Below, one piece after another: positions 29,849-40,600 of a DNA stretch of 64,000 nucleotides; the first letter of the stretch is position 1; every line of letters starts with the position of its first letter. Under the pieces are notes generated by a model that worked only from the letters and a program-made list of their open reading frames with translations, was not told where the DNA came from and searched no databases. Where the stretch lies: assembly GCA_963657065.1 (NCBI GenBank), contig CAVKLD010000003.1, forward strand, positions 1,811 to 65,810. Direction: 5' to 3'. A program made the translations under genes and the position numbers. The DNA comes from a bacterium. GTDB taxonomy: Bacteria; Bacillota; Clostridia; Oscillospirales; Acutalibacteraceae.

Positions 29849-31589
29849 GAAAATAATGTGCATTCTCACGGCAGCGGCGGCGATTCTTTCATTCGCCGGC
29901 TGTGCGGAACAGGGCGCAAACACAACAACTGTTTCTTCCGCGGCATCATCCTCTTTGTCAGCGTCGGATTCATCTTCTGACGCAGACGGCGGCACGGAAA
30001 GTCTGCTTTCCGATATGTTTACCGACCGCGACATTGAAGTCGGATACGACGAGAGCACCGACACGGTGATAACTCTCTCTGACAGCGGTTCGACATGCAA
30101 AGACTCGTCAGTCACGATATCGGATAACACCGTGACTATAACGGCGGCGGGTACGTATATCCTCAAGGGAACGCTTACCGACGGCAGCATTGTGGTTGAC
30201 GCGGACAAAAGCGATAAAATCCATATTGTTCTTGCGGGCGTCAGCATCTCAAAAAGCACCACTGCACCGTTTTACGTAAAAAGCGCGGATAAGGTGTTCG
30301 TGACTCTTGCGCCCGGCACGGAAAATACTCTTGTGAATACGGGCGAGTTTACCGCAATCGATGACAACAATATAGACTCTTGCATTTTCTCAAAAGAGGA
30401 CATCACATTCAACGGTTCGGGAAGCCTTACGGTTTCGAGCGAAAAAGGTCACGGTATCGTTTGTAAGGATACTCTTTGCTTTACCGGCGGCAGCTACACG
30501 GTGACATCGACTGAGCGTCACGCGCTTTCGGCAAAGGACGACATCAGAATCATGGACGGCACGTTTGTACTCACGGCTGGCAAGGACGGACTTAACGCAT
30601 CGAACGATGATGACGCAACGCTCGGATTTATCTATATCGAGGGCGGCGATTTCAAGATAACGGCAGGCGACGACGGCATGCATGCTGAGGCGTATCTGCA
30701 CATTCTCGGCGGCAGCATAGATGTTGCGGAGTCATACGAGGGACTTGAAGGACACACGGTTGAAATTTCCGGCGGCGACATAAAGGTAAAGTCTTCCGAC
30801 GACGGTATAAACGCTGCGGGCGGCGATACTGATTCCTCCGACCCGATGGCAAAGGATGAGGAAGCGTATGTAAAGATATCCGGCGGCACGGTTTACATTG
30901 ACGCAGACGGCGACGGAATAGACTCAAACGGCGATCTCTACGTCAGCGGCGGCATCGTTACCGTGTGCGGTCCGACGAGCGGCGGCGACGGTGCTCTTGA
31001 CTACGGAGAACGTGCAACGGCGCAGATAACGGGCGGTACGGTGTTCGCTTTCGGTGCGGCGAACATGGCGGAGAATTTTAACTCCGCCGAAAATCAGGGG
31101 GTCGCGCTTGTTTCCCTTTCGGGCAGTGCGGGTGATACCGTGACAATCAAAAACAGCGACGGCGAAACGCTTGCTTCGGCTGTGTCAGACAAGAATTATG
31201 AGTGCGTGGTTGTGAGTTGCGCGGGGATGACTGAAAACGGTACGTTTACGATTACAAACGACGCCGACAGCAAGGAATTTACCCTCAGCAGCTTCATTTA
31301 CGGCGAGAGCGGCATGGGCGGTATGAACGGCGGCGGCATGAACGGCGGCGGTCAACCAGGCGGCATGAACGGCGGCGGTCAGCCCGGAGGCGGCGAGATG
31401 CCGACGGGAGAGAACGGCGAACCTCCCGAAATTCCCACGGACGAAAACGGCGAACAGCGTCAAATGCCCGACGGCGAAATGCCTGCGGGCGGCAGCGGCG
31501 AACAGAATCGTATGCCGAACGGCGGCGCGGGCGAGGAACCGCCTACGGGTGAGGACGGAAAACCGCAGCAGCCGTCAACCGAAGCGTAA
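29838..31589 (+). CDS. lipoprotein with a Cthe_2159-type beta-helix carbohydrate-binding domain and a Gly/Met/Pro/Glu-rich tail
   Basis: Lipobox ILSFAGC. MFTDRDIEVGYDES...ITLSD...VTITAAGTYILKGTL...FYVKSADKVFVTL, and repeated (S/D)DDG(I/M)(N/H)A turns as in PF14262 proteins. Overlaps the DUF4956 gene by 11 nt. Confidence 0.7.
   Translation: MNFKKIMCILTAAAAILSFAGCAEQGANTTTVSSAASSSLSASDSSSDADGGTESLLSDMFTDRDIEVGYDESTDTVITLSDSGSTCKDSSVTISDNTVTITAAGTYILKGTLTDGSIVVDADKSDKIHIVLAGVSISKSTTAPFYVKSADKVFVTLAPGTENTLVNTGEFTAIDDNNIDSCIFSKEDITFNGSGSLTVSSEKGHGIVCKDTLCFTGGSYTVTSTERHALSAKDDIRIMDGTFVLTAGKDGLNASNDDDATLGFIYIEGGDFKITAGDDGMHAEAYLHILGGSIDVAESYEGLEGHTVEISGGDIKVKSSDDGINAAGGDTDSSDPMAKDEEAYVKISGGTVYIDADGDGIDSNGDLYVSGGIVTVCGPTSGGDGALDYGERATAQITGGTVFAFGAANMAENFNSAENQGVALVSLSGSAGDTVTIKNSDGETLASAVSDKNYECVVVSCAGMTENGTFTITNDADSKEFTLSSFIYGESGMGGMNGGGMNGGGQPGGMNGGGQPGGGEMPTGENGEPPEIPTDENGEQRQMPDGEMPAGGSGEQNRMPNGGAGEEPPTGEDGKPQQPSTEA
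31301..31586 (+). repeat. low-complexity coding repeats (GMNGGGQPG units, then MP.GE-type units)
   Basis: ggcatgaacggcggcggtca is repeated at 31336 and 31363 (27-nt period). The protein reads GGMNGGGMNGGGQPGGMNGGGQPGGGEMPTGENGE... Confidence 0.8.
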
Positions 31590-31607
31590 AATAGTATAGC
31601 AAAAAAA

Positions 31608-31638
31608 GCGTCGAAGCTCAGTTTTCGACGTTTTTTTT
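31608..31638 (+). terminator. intrinsic terminator after the VTC cluster
   Basis: Stem cgtcgaa/ttcgacg followed by TTTTTTTT. Confidence 0.85.
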
Positions 31639-31671
31639 GATGTCCGGCGCGGAAAACAGCCGAAAATACGG

Positions 31672-31985
31672 TTGACTTTTTCCGCGCTTGCGCATATAAT
31701 ATAACCGTAAAGCGATGAAGGAGAAATGCTTTTGCCGTTCGGCTTTCAGAGAGACCGCCGTTTTGCTGTGAGACGGTCAGGCTTTGGCGAAAGCGTACCG
31801 CTCCGGAGTGCCGCCGACCGTGTTTTTTTTCGCCTAAGGTGTGCCGTAGGTGCTGCGTTAAAGCCTTAATAAGCGGCGGATATTTTCCGCAACATGGGTG
31901 GAACCGTGGGGCAGTTGTGCTTCACCCCGTTATCAGCGGGGCGGAGTTTATTTTTTTTGCCCCGAACGAAAGGATTGTTGACACT
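31672..31985 (+). promoter_or_regulatory. promoter plus T-box leader (putative Thr ACC specifier) controlling thrS
   Basis: TTGACT (31672), 17-nt spacer, TATAAT (31695). Stem I base AAAGCGATGAAGGAGAA, AGAGA bulge, GAAAGCGT-ACC-G specifier candidate, T-box sequence AACATGGGTGGAACCGTGGGG (31891-31911), and a terminator hairpin CCCCG/CGGGG with a T8 run (31925-31958). Confidence 0.85.
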
Positions 31986-33896
31986 ATGGTAAAAGTAAAG
32001 TTGAGAGATGATGTTCGCGAGTTTGAGTGCGGCGCTACAGCTATGGACATCGCAAAATCGATAGGCGCGGGACTGTACAAGGCTGTTTGCGTTTGCAAAA
32101 TAGACGGCGAGGAAAAGGATTTGCGTACGCCGATAAATGAGGACTGCGAGATTGAATTTCTTACGTTTGACTCCGACGAAGGCAAGCGTACTTTCCGTCA
32201 TTCCGCGTCGCATGTGCTTGCGCAGGCGGTGAAACGTCTTTATCCCGAAACGCTTCTTGCGATAGGCCCCGCGATAGAAAACGGTTTCTACTACGACTTT
32301 GACAGAAGCGCGCCGTTTACACCCGATGACCTTGAAAAAATCGAGGCTGAGATGAAAAAGATAGTCAAAGAGGCTCTTCCCATCGAGCATTTCGAGATGA
32401 GCCCCGAAGACGCGATAAAATACTACAGGGACAAAGGCGAGATATATAAAGTGGAGCTTGTCGAGGAACATGCCGACAAGGGCGAAAATATCAGCTTTTA
32501 CAAGCAGGGCGAGTTCACCGAACTTTGCGCGGGTCCCCATATTCCCGACACCGGCAGGATAAAGGCGTTCAAACTTACGTCCTGCACGGGCGCATACTGG
32601 CGCGGCAGTGAGAAAAACAAGATGCTGCAGCGCATCTATGCCACGGCTTTCACGAAACAGGCGGACCTTGATGCTTACCTTGAAGCGATAGAAGAAGCAA
32701 AACGCCGCGACCACAGAAAACTCGGACGCGAACTCGGACTTTTCGCACTGCGCGACGAAGCTCCCGGTATGCCGTTCTTCCTTCCGAAAGGCATGGTGCT
32801 TCAGAATACCCTCATAAACTACTGGCGCGAGGTGCACAAAAAGTGGGATTATCTTGAAATTTCCACTCCGCAAATAATGCGCCGTTCATTGTGGGAAACA
32901 TCGGGTCACTGGGAGCATTACCACGACGATATGTACACTACGCAGATCGACGGTGAGGATTTCGCGATAAAACCCATGAACTGCCCCGGCAGCATTCTTG
33001 TCTACGAGCTTGAGCCTCATTCGTATAAAGAACTTCCCCTGCGTTACGGTGAGCTTGGCAGAGTGCACAGAAACGAGCTTTCCGGTGCGCTGCACGGTTT
33101 GTTCAGAGTGCGTTGTTTTACGCAGGATGACGCGCATATTCTGCTTGCTCCCGAACAGATAAAGGACGAAGTCATACGCATTGCAAGCCTGTTCGACGAG
33201 GTATATTCACTGTTCGGACTGCCTTATGAAATAGAACTTTCCACGATGCCCGACGACCATATCGGCAGCGAAGAGGACTGGAAAATTGCGACCGATGCGC
33301 TTGCAAATGCAATCACGAGTGTGGGCAAAACGTATATCGTAAACGAGGGCGACGGCGCATTTTACGGTCCGAAACTCGATTTCCACATAAAGGACAGCCT
33401 TGGCAGAACATGGCAGTGCGGCACTATTCAGCTTGACTATCAGCTGCCCGGACGTTTCGGTCTTGAGTATACGGGTGCGGACGGCGAGAAGCATTGCCCC
33501 GTAATGATTCACCGCGTTGTTTTCGGTTCGGTCGAGAGATTCATCGGAGTTATCACAGAGCATTTCGCGGGCGCGTTCCCGCTGTGGCTCTCTCCCGTTC
33601 AGGTCGAAGTCCTTCCCATTGCCGACCGCCATCATGAAGCGGCAAACGCAGTCAAGGATAAGCTCGAAGCAGCCGGTATCAGGGTTCAGGTTGACACGAG
33701 AAGTGAAAAACTCGGCTACAAGCTCAGAGAAGCGCAGCTGCAGAAGATACCCTATATGCTCGTTGTAGGCGACAAAGAATCCGAAGAGGGCACCGTTTCC
33801 GTCCGCAAACGCGGAGAGGGCGATAAGGGCAGCATGGCGGTTGATGATTTCATAAAACTTGCTCTTGACGATATAGTTTCGAAAAAACTTTGGTAA
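31986..33896 (+). CDS. thrS: threonine--tRNA ligase
   Basis: TGS domain at the N-terminus (MVKVKLRDDVREFECGATAMDIAKSIG), editing-domain HSASHVLA, and class II motifs (FRHSASH, RVHRNELSGALHGLFRVRCFTQDDAH, GAFYGPKLDF). The start at 31986 excludes the leader. Confidence 0.96.
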   Translation: MVKVKLRDDVREFECGATAMDIAKSIGAGLYKAVCVCKIDGEEKDLRTPINEDCEIEFLTFDSDEGKRTFRHSASHVLAQAVKRLYPETLLAIGPAIENGFYYDFDRSAPFTPDDLEKIEAEMKKIVKEALPIEHFEMSPEDAIKYYRDKGEIYKVELVEEHADKGENISFYKQGEFTELCAGPHIPDTGRIKAFKLTSCTGAYWRGSEKNKMLQRIYATAFTKQADLDAYLEAIEEAKRRDHRKLGRELGLFALRDEAPGMPFFLPKGMVLQNTLINYWREVHKKWDYLEISTPQIMRRSLWETSGHWEHYHDDMYTTQIDGEDFAIKPMNCPGSILVYELEPHSYKELPLRYGELGRVHRNELSGALHGLFRVRCFTQDDAHILLAPEQIKDEVIRIASLFDEVYSLFGLPYEIELSTMPDDHIGSEEDWKIATDALANAITSVGKTYIVNEGDGAFYGPKLDFHIKDSLGRTWQCGTIQLDYQLPGRFGLEYTGADGEKHCPVMIHRVVFGSVERFIGVITEHFAGAFPLWLSPVQVEVLPIADRHHEAANAVKDKLEAAGIRVQVDTRSEKLGYKLREAQLQKIPYMLVVGDKESEEGTVSVRKRGEGDKGSMAVDDFIKLALDDIVSKKLW

Positions 33897-33910
33897 ATTA
33901 AAACGCAAAA

Positions 33911-33941
33911 CCGCCGCTTCAACTGCGAAGCGGCGGTTTTT
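33911..33941 (+). terminator. intrinsic terminator of thrS
   Basis: Stem ccgccgcttc/gaagcggcgg followed by TTTTT. Confidence 0.9.
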
Positions 33942-34337
33942 GCACATGTTTATGTGCACATTGGTGCTCATAGACACAATTAACTTATGTTTTACGGCAT
34001 TTATGGCTTTAAACAAAAAAAATAACCGCCCCGGCCGCAAACTCATGACGGTTTATTTCTTAACCAACGAGGGGGCGCAACCGTCTATCAGCCGGAAACG
34101 TCCTTCGGTTGTTATTATACAACGCGACACGCAAAATGTCAACTGTTTTGCGTATTCTGTTTTAATATTCAAATTAAAAGAAGTTGCCGGCGGTGTTGTC
34201 GAGGCGGCTGTTTTTTTGTCGTGAGATGTTAGCATATTCGCCAAAAGTGTCGGATTATAAAGACAAGAAAATGCTCTTTTGTGCAAAACGCACACTTTGG
34301 ACGTTCATTTTTTGGACATAAGTTTTGGCTGCAAGCG

Positions 34338-34367
34338 TTGACAACTGTGTTTTAAATAATATATAAT
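34338..34367 (+). promoter_or_regulatory. candidate sigma-A promoter of the giant gene
   Basis: TTGACA (34338-34343), 18-nt spacer, TATAAT (34362-34367). This implies a ~300-nt 5' leader. Confidence 0.55.
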
Positions 34368-34673
34368 AGTGATGATGTAGTATGCCCGAAGTGTACCCTT
34401 TTCTTTTGGGTAACAGCGGACGGCGTATTCGTCGCATTCCGGCAAAAAATCGAGTGACGGAACCCAAACCTCACGGGGAAACATGCCGGCGGATATATTG
34501 AAGCTTCGCGCAGTGCCGTTAGGAGTTCGGAAGGACTTTTGTGTCAGTTGCGGTACGCGGTAACGGGACTTTGTATGTTTGCCGTACGCACGAGTTTCTC
34601 ACAGGGGGATAGGCTCCGAATGGGGCTTGGCTTCCCTCACTCACGAAAATACTTAAAAGGAGTGTTTTTTTAC

Positions 34674-37600
34674 ATGGAAACAAGGTATAAGCTTTCGACT
34701 AAGATCTTAAGCTCGTTTCTTGCGGTTCTGATGGCGGTGTCATGTTTTGGTATCGCTCTGCCCAATCTTGCCCCGACGGCAAGCGCGGCGGCGACAAGCC
34801 AGGACTACAAGTCGCTTGAAAACGCTTTTGACGCCGTTAAAGAAGACGACGGCAGCATCAGCGCGTCCAAGTACACCGTTACCGCCGGCGAAGACGGCGT
34901 GACGCTCATTGAGGACGCAACCTCGGACGGCAGCATCTATAAGCTCGCCGAGGCTCTGTTCAATGTTGCGAGTGCCGAAAACGGCGAGTATAAGCACAAT
35001 ACGCTTATACGCGAGCGCATCAAAACCATACTTGCAAAGAACGGCTACACGTACACTTCTTCGATGGAAGACTTTGTTAACACGCTTCTTCCCGTTGACG
35101 GAGATTACGCTACGGATTCCACGAATCCCGCGAAAGGTACGCCCAAGCTCGTTGACGCAGGCGAACCCGAAGCCGTCTACACAAAGACGCTTACGACTAC
35201 GGTTAAGGTGACGCGTTCCGAAAAGTCCGTTGTCCTCACTTACGACGACATTAACGATGTTCCCTCAAAGCTTGACCTTACCGTTAAGCTCACGACGGTT
35301 GCCGAGCCTAAAAGCTCCAAAAAAACTTTTACCGACGCTGCGGGGCTCGAGTATGGTCAGCTTTCCGAATGGTACGAGAATACATCGTGCGCGGTAGAGT
35401 ATGAACAGGCGGACACGACCGATTTCTCCGCTCTCAAAAAGTTCATGAGCTACATAAAGAGCGATTCGTTCGCGCCTTACTACGAGCAGTATTCGAATAA
35501 CGCGGACAACGTTTACACTTTCGACGCATCCGTTCTTGAAGGCTTCGAGGAGAAATTCAACGGCTACTATACCGAGTCTGTCTACGGTCTTGACAACGAC
35601 TACCTCGACAAGTACCTCACCACGGGCGAGGGCGAAACGCTCAAAACCGGTCTTGCGAACATGTCGGCTTATCAGTCGTTTGCTGTCAAGATGACTGCCG
35701 TTTACGACCCCGTCTTCAACAAGCGTTTCGTTGACTGGGCGATGAAAGGCACGTCCGTTTCGGGTTACATCGACAGAGATGCGTATCTTGCACGCGAAAA
35801 CAGCGCGGGCGAGGTGGTTGAACCCGATAAGGATACCGTCGGCAAACTCCTCGAACAGGCTAAAACGTTCAAGGATATCCTTAATGACGCTACATACAAT
35901 AATATATATGTAGAGAAGTACGGTTACGTAAACGGAACGATTGAGGATCTCATTCAGAAAATCTATGTCGCTTACCAGCATTTTACGCTCGACGGATATT
36001 TTGAAAATATCGTTTTCCGTATGGAGAACACTTCCGACAAATACTTCAATGACGACATGGCGTATTTCGGTCTTGCCGATTACGACAGCTCGAAGTATGC
36101 CGCCGGCGAGATGCCCATCACCGACGCAATGCTCGATACGGCTATCGCGTGGTTCGGTGACTTGCTTGTAAAGATTGATAATAACGAGGATTACGATGAC
36201 GAGGGCAGAGATGCCGCCGTTGCCGCCGCGGGTTCTTCAACGATAACGACCTACGCGCAGGTTGTGGATTTCTATAATAATCTTGTTGCCGAGCGTCAGT
36301 CCGAAAACCGCGAGCAGGTCAATGCCTACATCGATAACTACTACAGCTATTTCCAGAACTTTATCGACAACGCTCCCATGCTCGATACCGTCTACATGAC
36401 TAACGCTTATGCGACCGGTATCGACGAGAAAGTTAAGGAATGCGACACGGCGTATGCCGAAGCCGTTACGGCTGTCGGTGCGACTGCCGCAGCGAAGATT
36501 TTCGGTGACTACAAGGGCAGAGCCACTCGTGCAAAGGATGCGATAAAGAATGCGCTGAATGCGCGTCTGCTTGCGATGTGCCAGCTTATGGAAACGTATG
36601 CAGGCAGCAGCATTTCCGAGGCGAACTTCTCGCTTGTCAAGGCACAGTACGGTACTATTAACAATGCCATAATTCCCGCAACCGTCAACGGAACGGAAAC
36701 CACGATAAGCCTTTATCAGTGGTGCAAGAACCAGGGTTACACGGGCGCGGACAGCATATATAACAAGTATGCAAGCACCTACAACGCGCAGATAAATACC
36801 GTTATCGCAAAGAAGTTTTCTAACTTCTCAAAGATGGATCTTGCGACGAGCGGCGTATACACGGTTCGTCATGCGACGGCTCACGATATGGCGAGATACG
36901 TTGCGGGCGACGGCGCGACAGACGAACGCTATGAGTACACGGTAAACAAGGATCGCGTTAACAAGGTTATCACGAAGCTCGATACTTTCCTTACGTCGAA
37001 GAGCTTTACTCAGCTTCTCGGTGTTGACGGCGAGTCGAAATTCGGCACCGGCAGAACAATAACGAACATCTCCGATTATATCGAAGATTTACTTATCGCA
37101 AACGTGTTCAGCGACAAGGTCGTTAACTCCGTTATTGCGATGCTGTTCCCGACGATTACAGACATCCTTGATAACTTGTTTAACAACCTTCAGAGTATGC
37201 TTCCTTCAGATATGAGAGGAACCATATCGGGCGGTGCGAATGCGGCGCTCAATCTCAGTTCACTTGGCGTTAAGGTTGGTGGTTCTTTTGCAGGTGTTAA
37301 GAATCTGAGAGGTAACGGTCTTATTTTCGTTAACGGCAACAGGGGAACAACTCTTCTGTCCAAGGCTTTCAGTGATCTCGGCGTTAAGATTTATCCTACG
37401 TATTTTGCGGACGCAATCGGCAGCACCGTTTCACCGCAGCTCTATAAAGACCTCAAGAGCGCAAACCTTGACTGGAAATGGTTCGATCGCAACGGTAATA
37501 ATGACGGCAAGGTGGATGCGGAAGACTTCATCAAGCTCGATTCGAACGGCGACCCGATTCTTGATGCTAACAAGAATACGCAGCCGAAATATACCTGGAA

Positions 37601-40600
37601 CGTAACGGATTATAACAGCTTTACAAGCGCAATGGGTAGAGTTTTCAGCTCCGTTCTTCCGATACTTCAGGTTGTTCTCTGTAACTATACATATCAGACC
37701 AGTCAGATAAACAATTTGCTTTATCTCGAAATGGACAGTAGCTCAAAGGTTGATGTTACTGCACTTTGGATTACGGATGACCACAGCGTTGCCGGTACGT
37801 ACGCGTGGGCTAACGCCGCCATAAAGATGACCGGTACACAAGGGTACAACAACCTTTGGGGACCCATTATGGAGGCGGCAGGCATTACCGCAACCACTGG
37901 GGGCTATAATGTTTCGGAATCAACTCCGATTTCCACGTCGATAGGTACATCGGGCAACGGCGCAAGTGCGCAGCAGCTGGTTAACGCGCTGTTCATGCCC
38001 ATTTACGCTCTTGTGAAAAAGGTTGCAAAGCAGCCTATCGCAACCGTGATGGACATTCTCCCGAATGCGGCGTACTACGTTTCATACGGTCTTATAGAAC
38101 CCTTGCTTAAGAACATTCAGACGAGCGTTTCCGTATACGCCAACATAAGCAATATGGAGCTTAAGGGCAGTTCGATAGCAAGTATCGCTAACTGGTTCAA
38201 CGGAACGATAAAGAGTGAGATTAACAAGGTTCTCCAGCTTGAAAACATCGCAACGGTAAACGTCGGCGATCTGCTCAATCTCTCCGACCTGCTCGGCTGC
38301 GACGTCACTGACCTTAACGCGATAGCGAACATGGTTATCGGCAAGATAAGCAGCGACAGCAGCACCGACAAAAAGGTTGACATTCCTGCAATTAACGCAA
38401 GTAAGCTCGGTCACCTCGGATCTCTGTCCACAGTATCGAGTATCAGAACGGTTAACACCGCGGGAGCGGGTTCGGGCAAACGTTACACGATAAACGCCGA
38501 CCGCGCCGACGTGCTCTATGATATTCTTTCGTGGGTGCTCAAGTTCATCTCCGGCGACGGAAATCTCTCCGCTCTTTTGTCAACGTTCGGTTCGAGCGGC
38601 CTTGGCAGCGAGCTTGACAGCCTTCTCGCCGAGATAAATTCCGAAAAGGCTCTTGCCTCTCTCGTTGAGCTGTTCCTGCCCAGAGGTTTGGAAGGCAGCG
38701 GATATGACAGCGGTTATGATTTCGCAAAATATAACTGGTATCATGCATCCGAGGGCGACTGGTCATACGACGTTCCCTACACCGCTTTTGTCTATACCAA
38801 GTATGAGAATTACTGGACGAAAGAAAAAGCCGCATATCTCTTCGAAAACCTCGAAACGGTTGCAAATGACGTCCTTAAGAAGTACGCTTCGGGTCTTCTC
38901 GGAGATTACGACGGCATTAACGAATGGCTTGCCGCAAAAATCAACAGCATATTTGACAATGACAACGTCACGGGCATCGTCAAGCTGTTCACCGGCATAG
39001 GCAAACTTCTTGCCGGCAATCAGACGATAATCGACCTGCTTAAAGAGCAGATAAACGGCGGTCAGGGTGTCGACCTTGCCGCATGGTACAATACGTTCGG
39101 CTATCTCGATTACGATTACACCGCTCTTGACGAGGCTCTGGCGGTTCTCGACGATGCTGACGCGACTGATGAAGAAAAGGCAGCCGCTCTCGAAACCGTC
39201 GCTACCGCTCCGCTCAAACCCGGTCAGTCGATAACCTATACCGATGCCGACGATAAAACGCAGACGCGCACGTATGAAAATTCTTTCGATAAACTCGTCG
39301 CGACAAAGGGCGAGGACGGAAAAGTCAGCTGGACATACGACGGAAAAGCTCTTGACGGAACTGACGAGGGACGCCGCCTGTTCATGGATATCGTTTCGTA
39401 CCTTATCACTCCGGCTCTTCCCATCGTTAACATTATTCTTACCGGTGAAGATTGCACGTTCTTCGAAAACGCACTTGTCATAAAGGGTTACGACTGCTAT
39501 TCGAACGGACTTGTTCCGCTTCTCGAAATGCTCGGCGTGTCGGATCTTCCCACGACTGCGGAGTTCCACGCAATGGATGCGCAGACGGGACTCAGCACAA
39601 TATTCAACAAGCTCTATGACTACGTGACTTATCTTCTTACTGCCGACGAAGACGGTACTACCATTCAGAAGATAGTCGGTATTCTTCCGAGATTGTTCTA
39701 CTTCCTTCAGAGCGACGGACTCTCGGCTATGCTCAAGAACCTTATTCAGCCTCTTTGGGTTCTCATCGATACGGTTCGCCCGATAGCCGACGTGGATCTT
39801 GACGGGTTCCTTCATCAGTTCCTTTGCGACTATCTCGGCCTTGCCTACGACAAGAACGCCGAAGACTACAAGGTCGGTGCAGTGGTTCAGCTTGTTATGA
39901 ATCTCCTTAGCAAGAACAAGCTCGAAAAGACATACACCGACGCGCAGATAGCCGCCGACAAGGAAAAAGTGGACGCTATCTACACTCTCTCGATTGAAGA
40001 TCTCAGCCTTACTTCCATCTTTACGGTCGTAAGCCTCATGTTCGATATCGACCTTACTCCGCTCGCATATGCGTTCGAAGGCATGTGCATCAGCTACACT
40101 GAAAACGGCGAAGATTATGGTATCGTGTCTTTCGAATCCAAGAGGGGCGAAACGGATTACACCGTTAACTACTCCGGCGCGGATATTATCACTGTTGTTG
40201 TTTCCGTTCTTCTTGACGTGCTCCGCTACGGCGATAACGCGAAAGGCTTCGACAAACTCTTTGGCTTCGTTAAGGAAAGATCTGACCGCGAGGGCGTTGA
40301 AATCACAGCTGCGGGACTTCTTGAAACAATTCAGGCAGTATTCACCGACAAGCCGTTCGACCTCGGCAAACAGCCCAACTGGGACTATATCCTTGAGGGC
40401 AAGGACGTTAAGCGTTCCGACGGCAGCTCTTCCGTGTGGGTCGACATTGACGCCGACAGCACGGACTATGCGGCACTTCTTCCTTTCAACAACGAAGACA
40501 TGAGCGCATACCATTCCATTTATAATCTTCAGTACTTCACCGACTGGACGGAAGATACGGCGAAGAGCACCGTTACAATGCTTTCAAACGTTCTCGACTA

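Noticed and set aside
31839-31985. Upstream extension of thrS in the track, and the 335-aa antisense ORF at 31866-32873
   Set aside because: The extension covers the T-box leader (T-box sequence and terminator lie inside it). The true start is the ATG at 31986 (MVKVKL, TGS domain). The minus-strand ORF is an antisense shadow.
34539-34673. 45-codon N-terminal extension of the giant ORF in the track (MCQLRYAVTG...)
   Set aside because: It begins at a non-ATG codon without an RBS. The ATG at 34674 has AAAAGGAG at proper spacing and is followed immediately by a canonical signal peptide.
34368-34673. c-di-GMP (GEMM-I/II) riboswitch in the giant-gene leader, as found upstream of some clostridial adhesin genes
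   Set aside because: There is no ACGCAAAGC-type core or GNRA/receptor arrangement that I could align. This remains only a generic 'long leader' observation.
37491-37560. Possible type I dockerin in the giant protein
   Set aside because: Only one segment fits the Ca-loop pattern. The second lacks the Gly and the acidic position 12, and there is no duplicated 22-residue unit.
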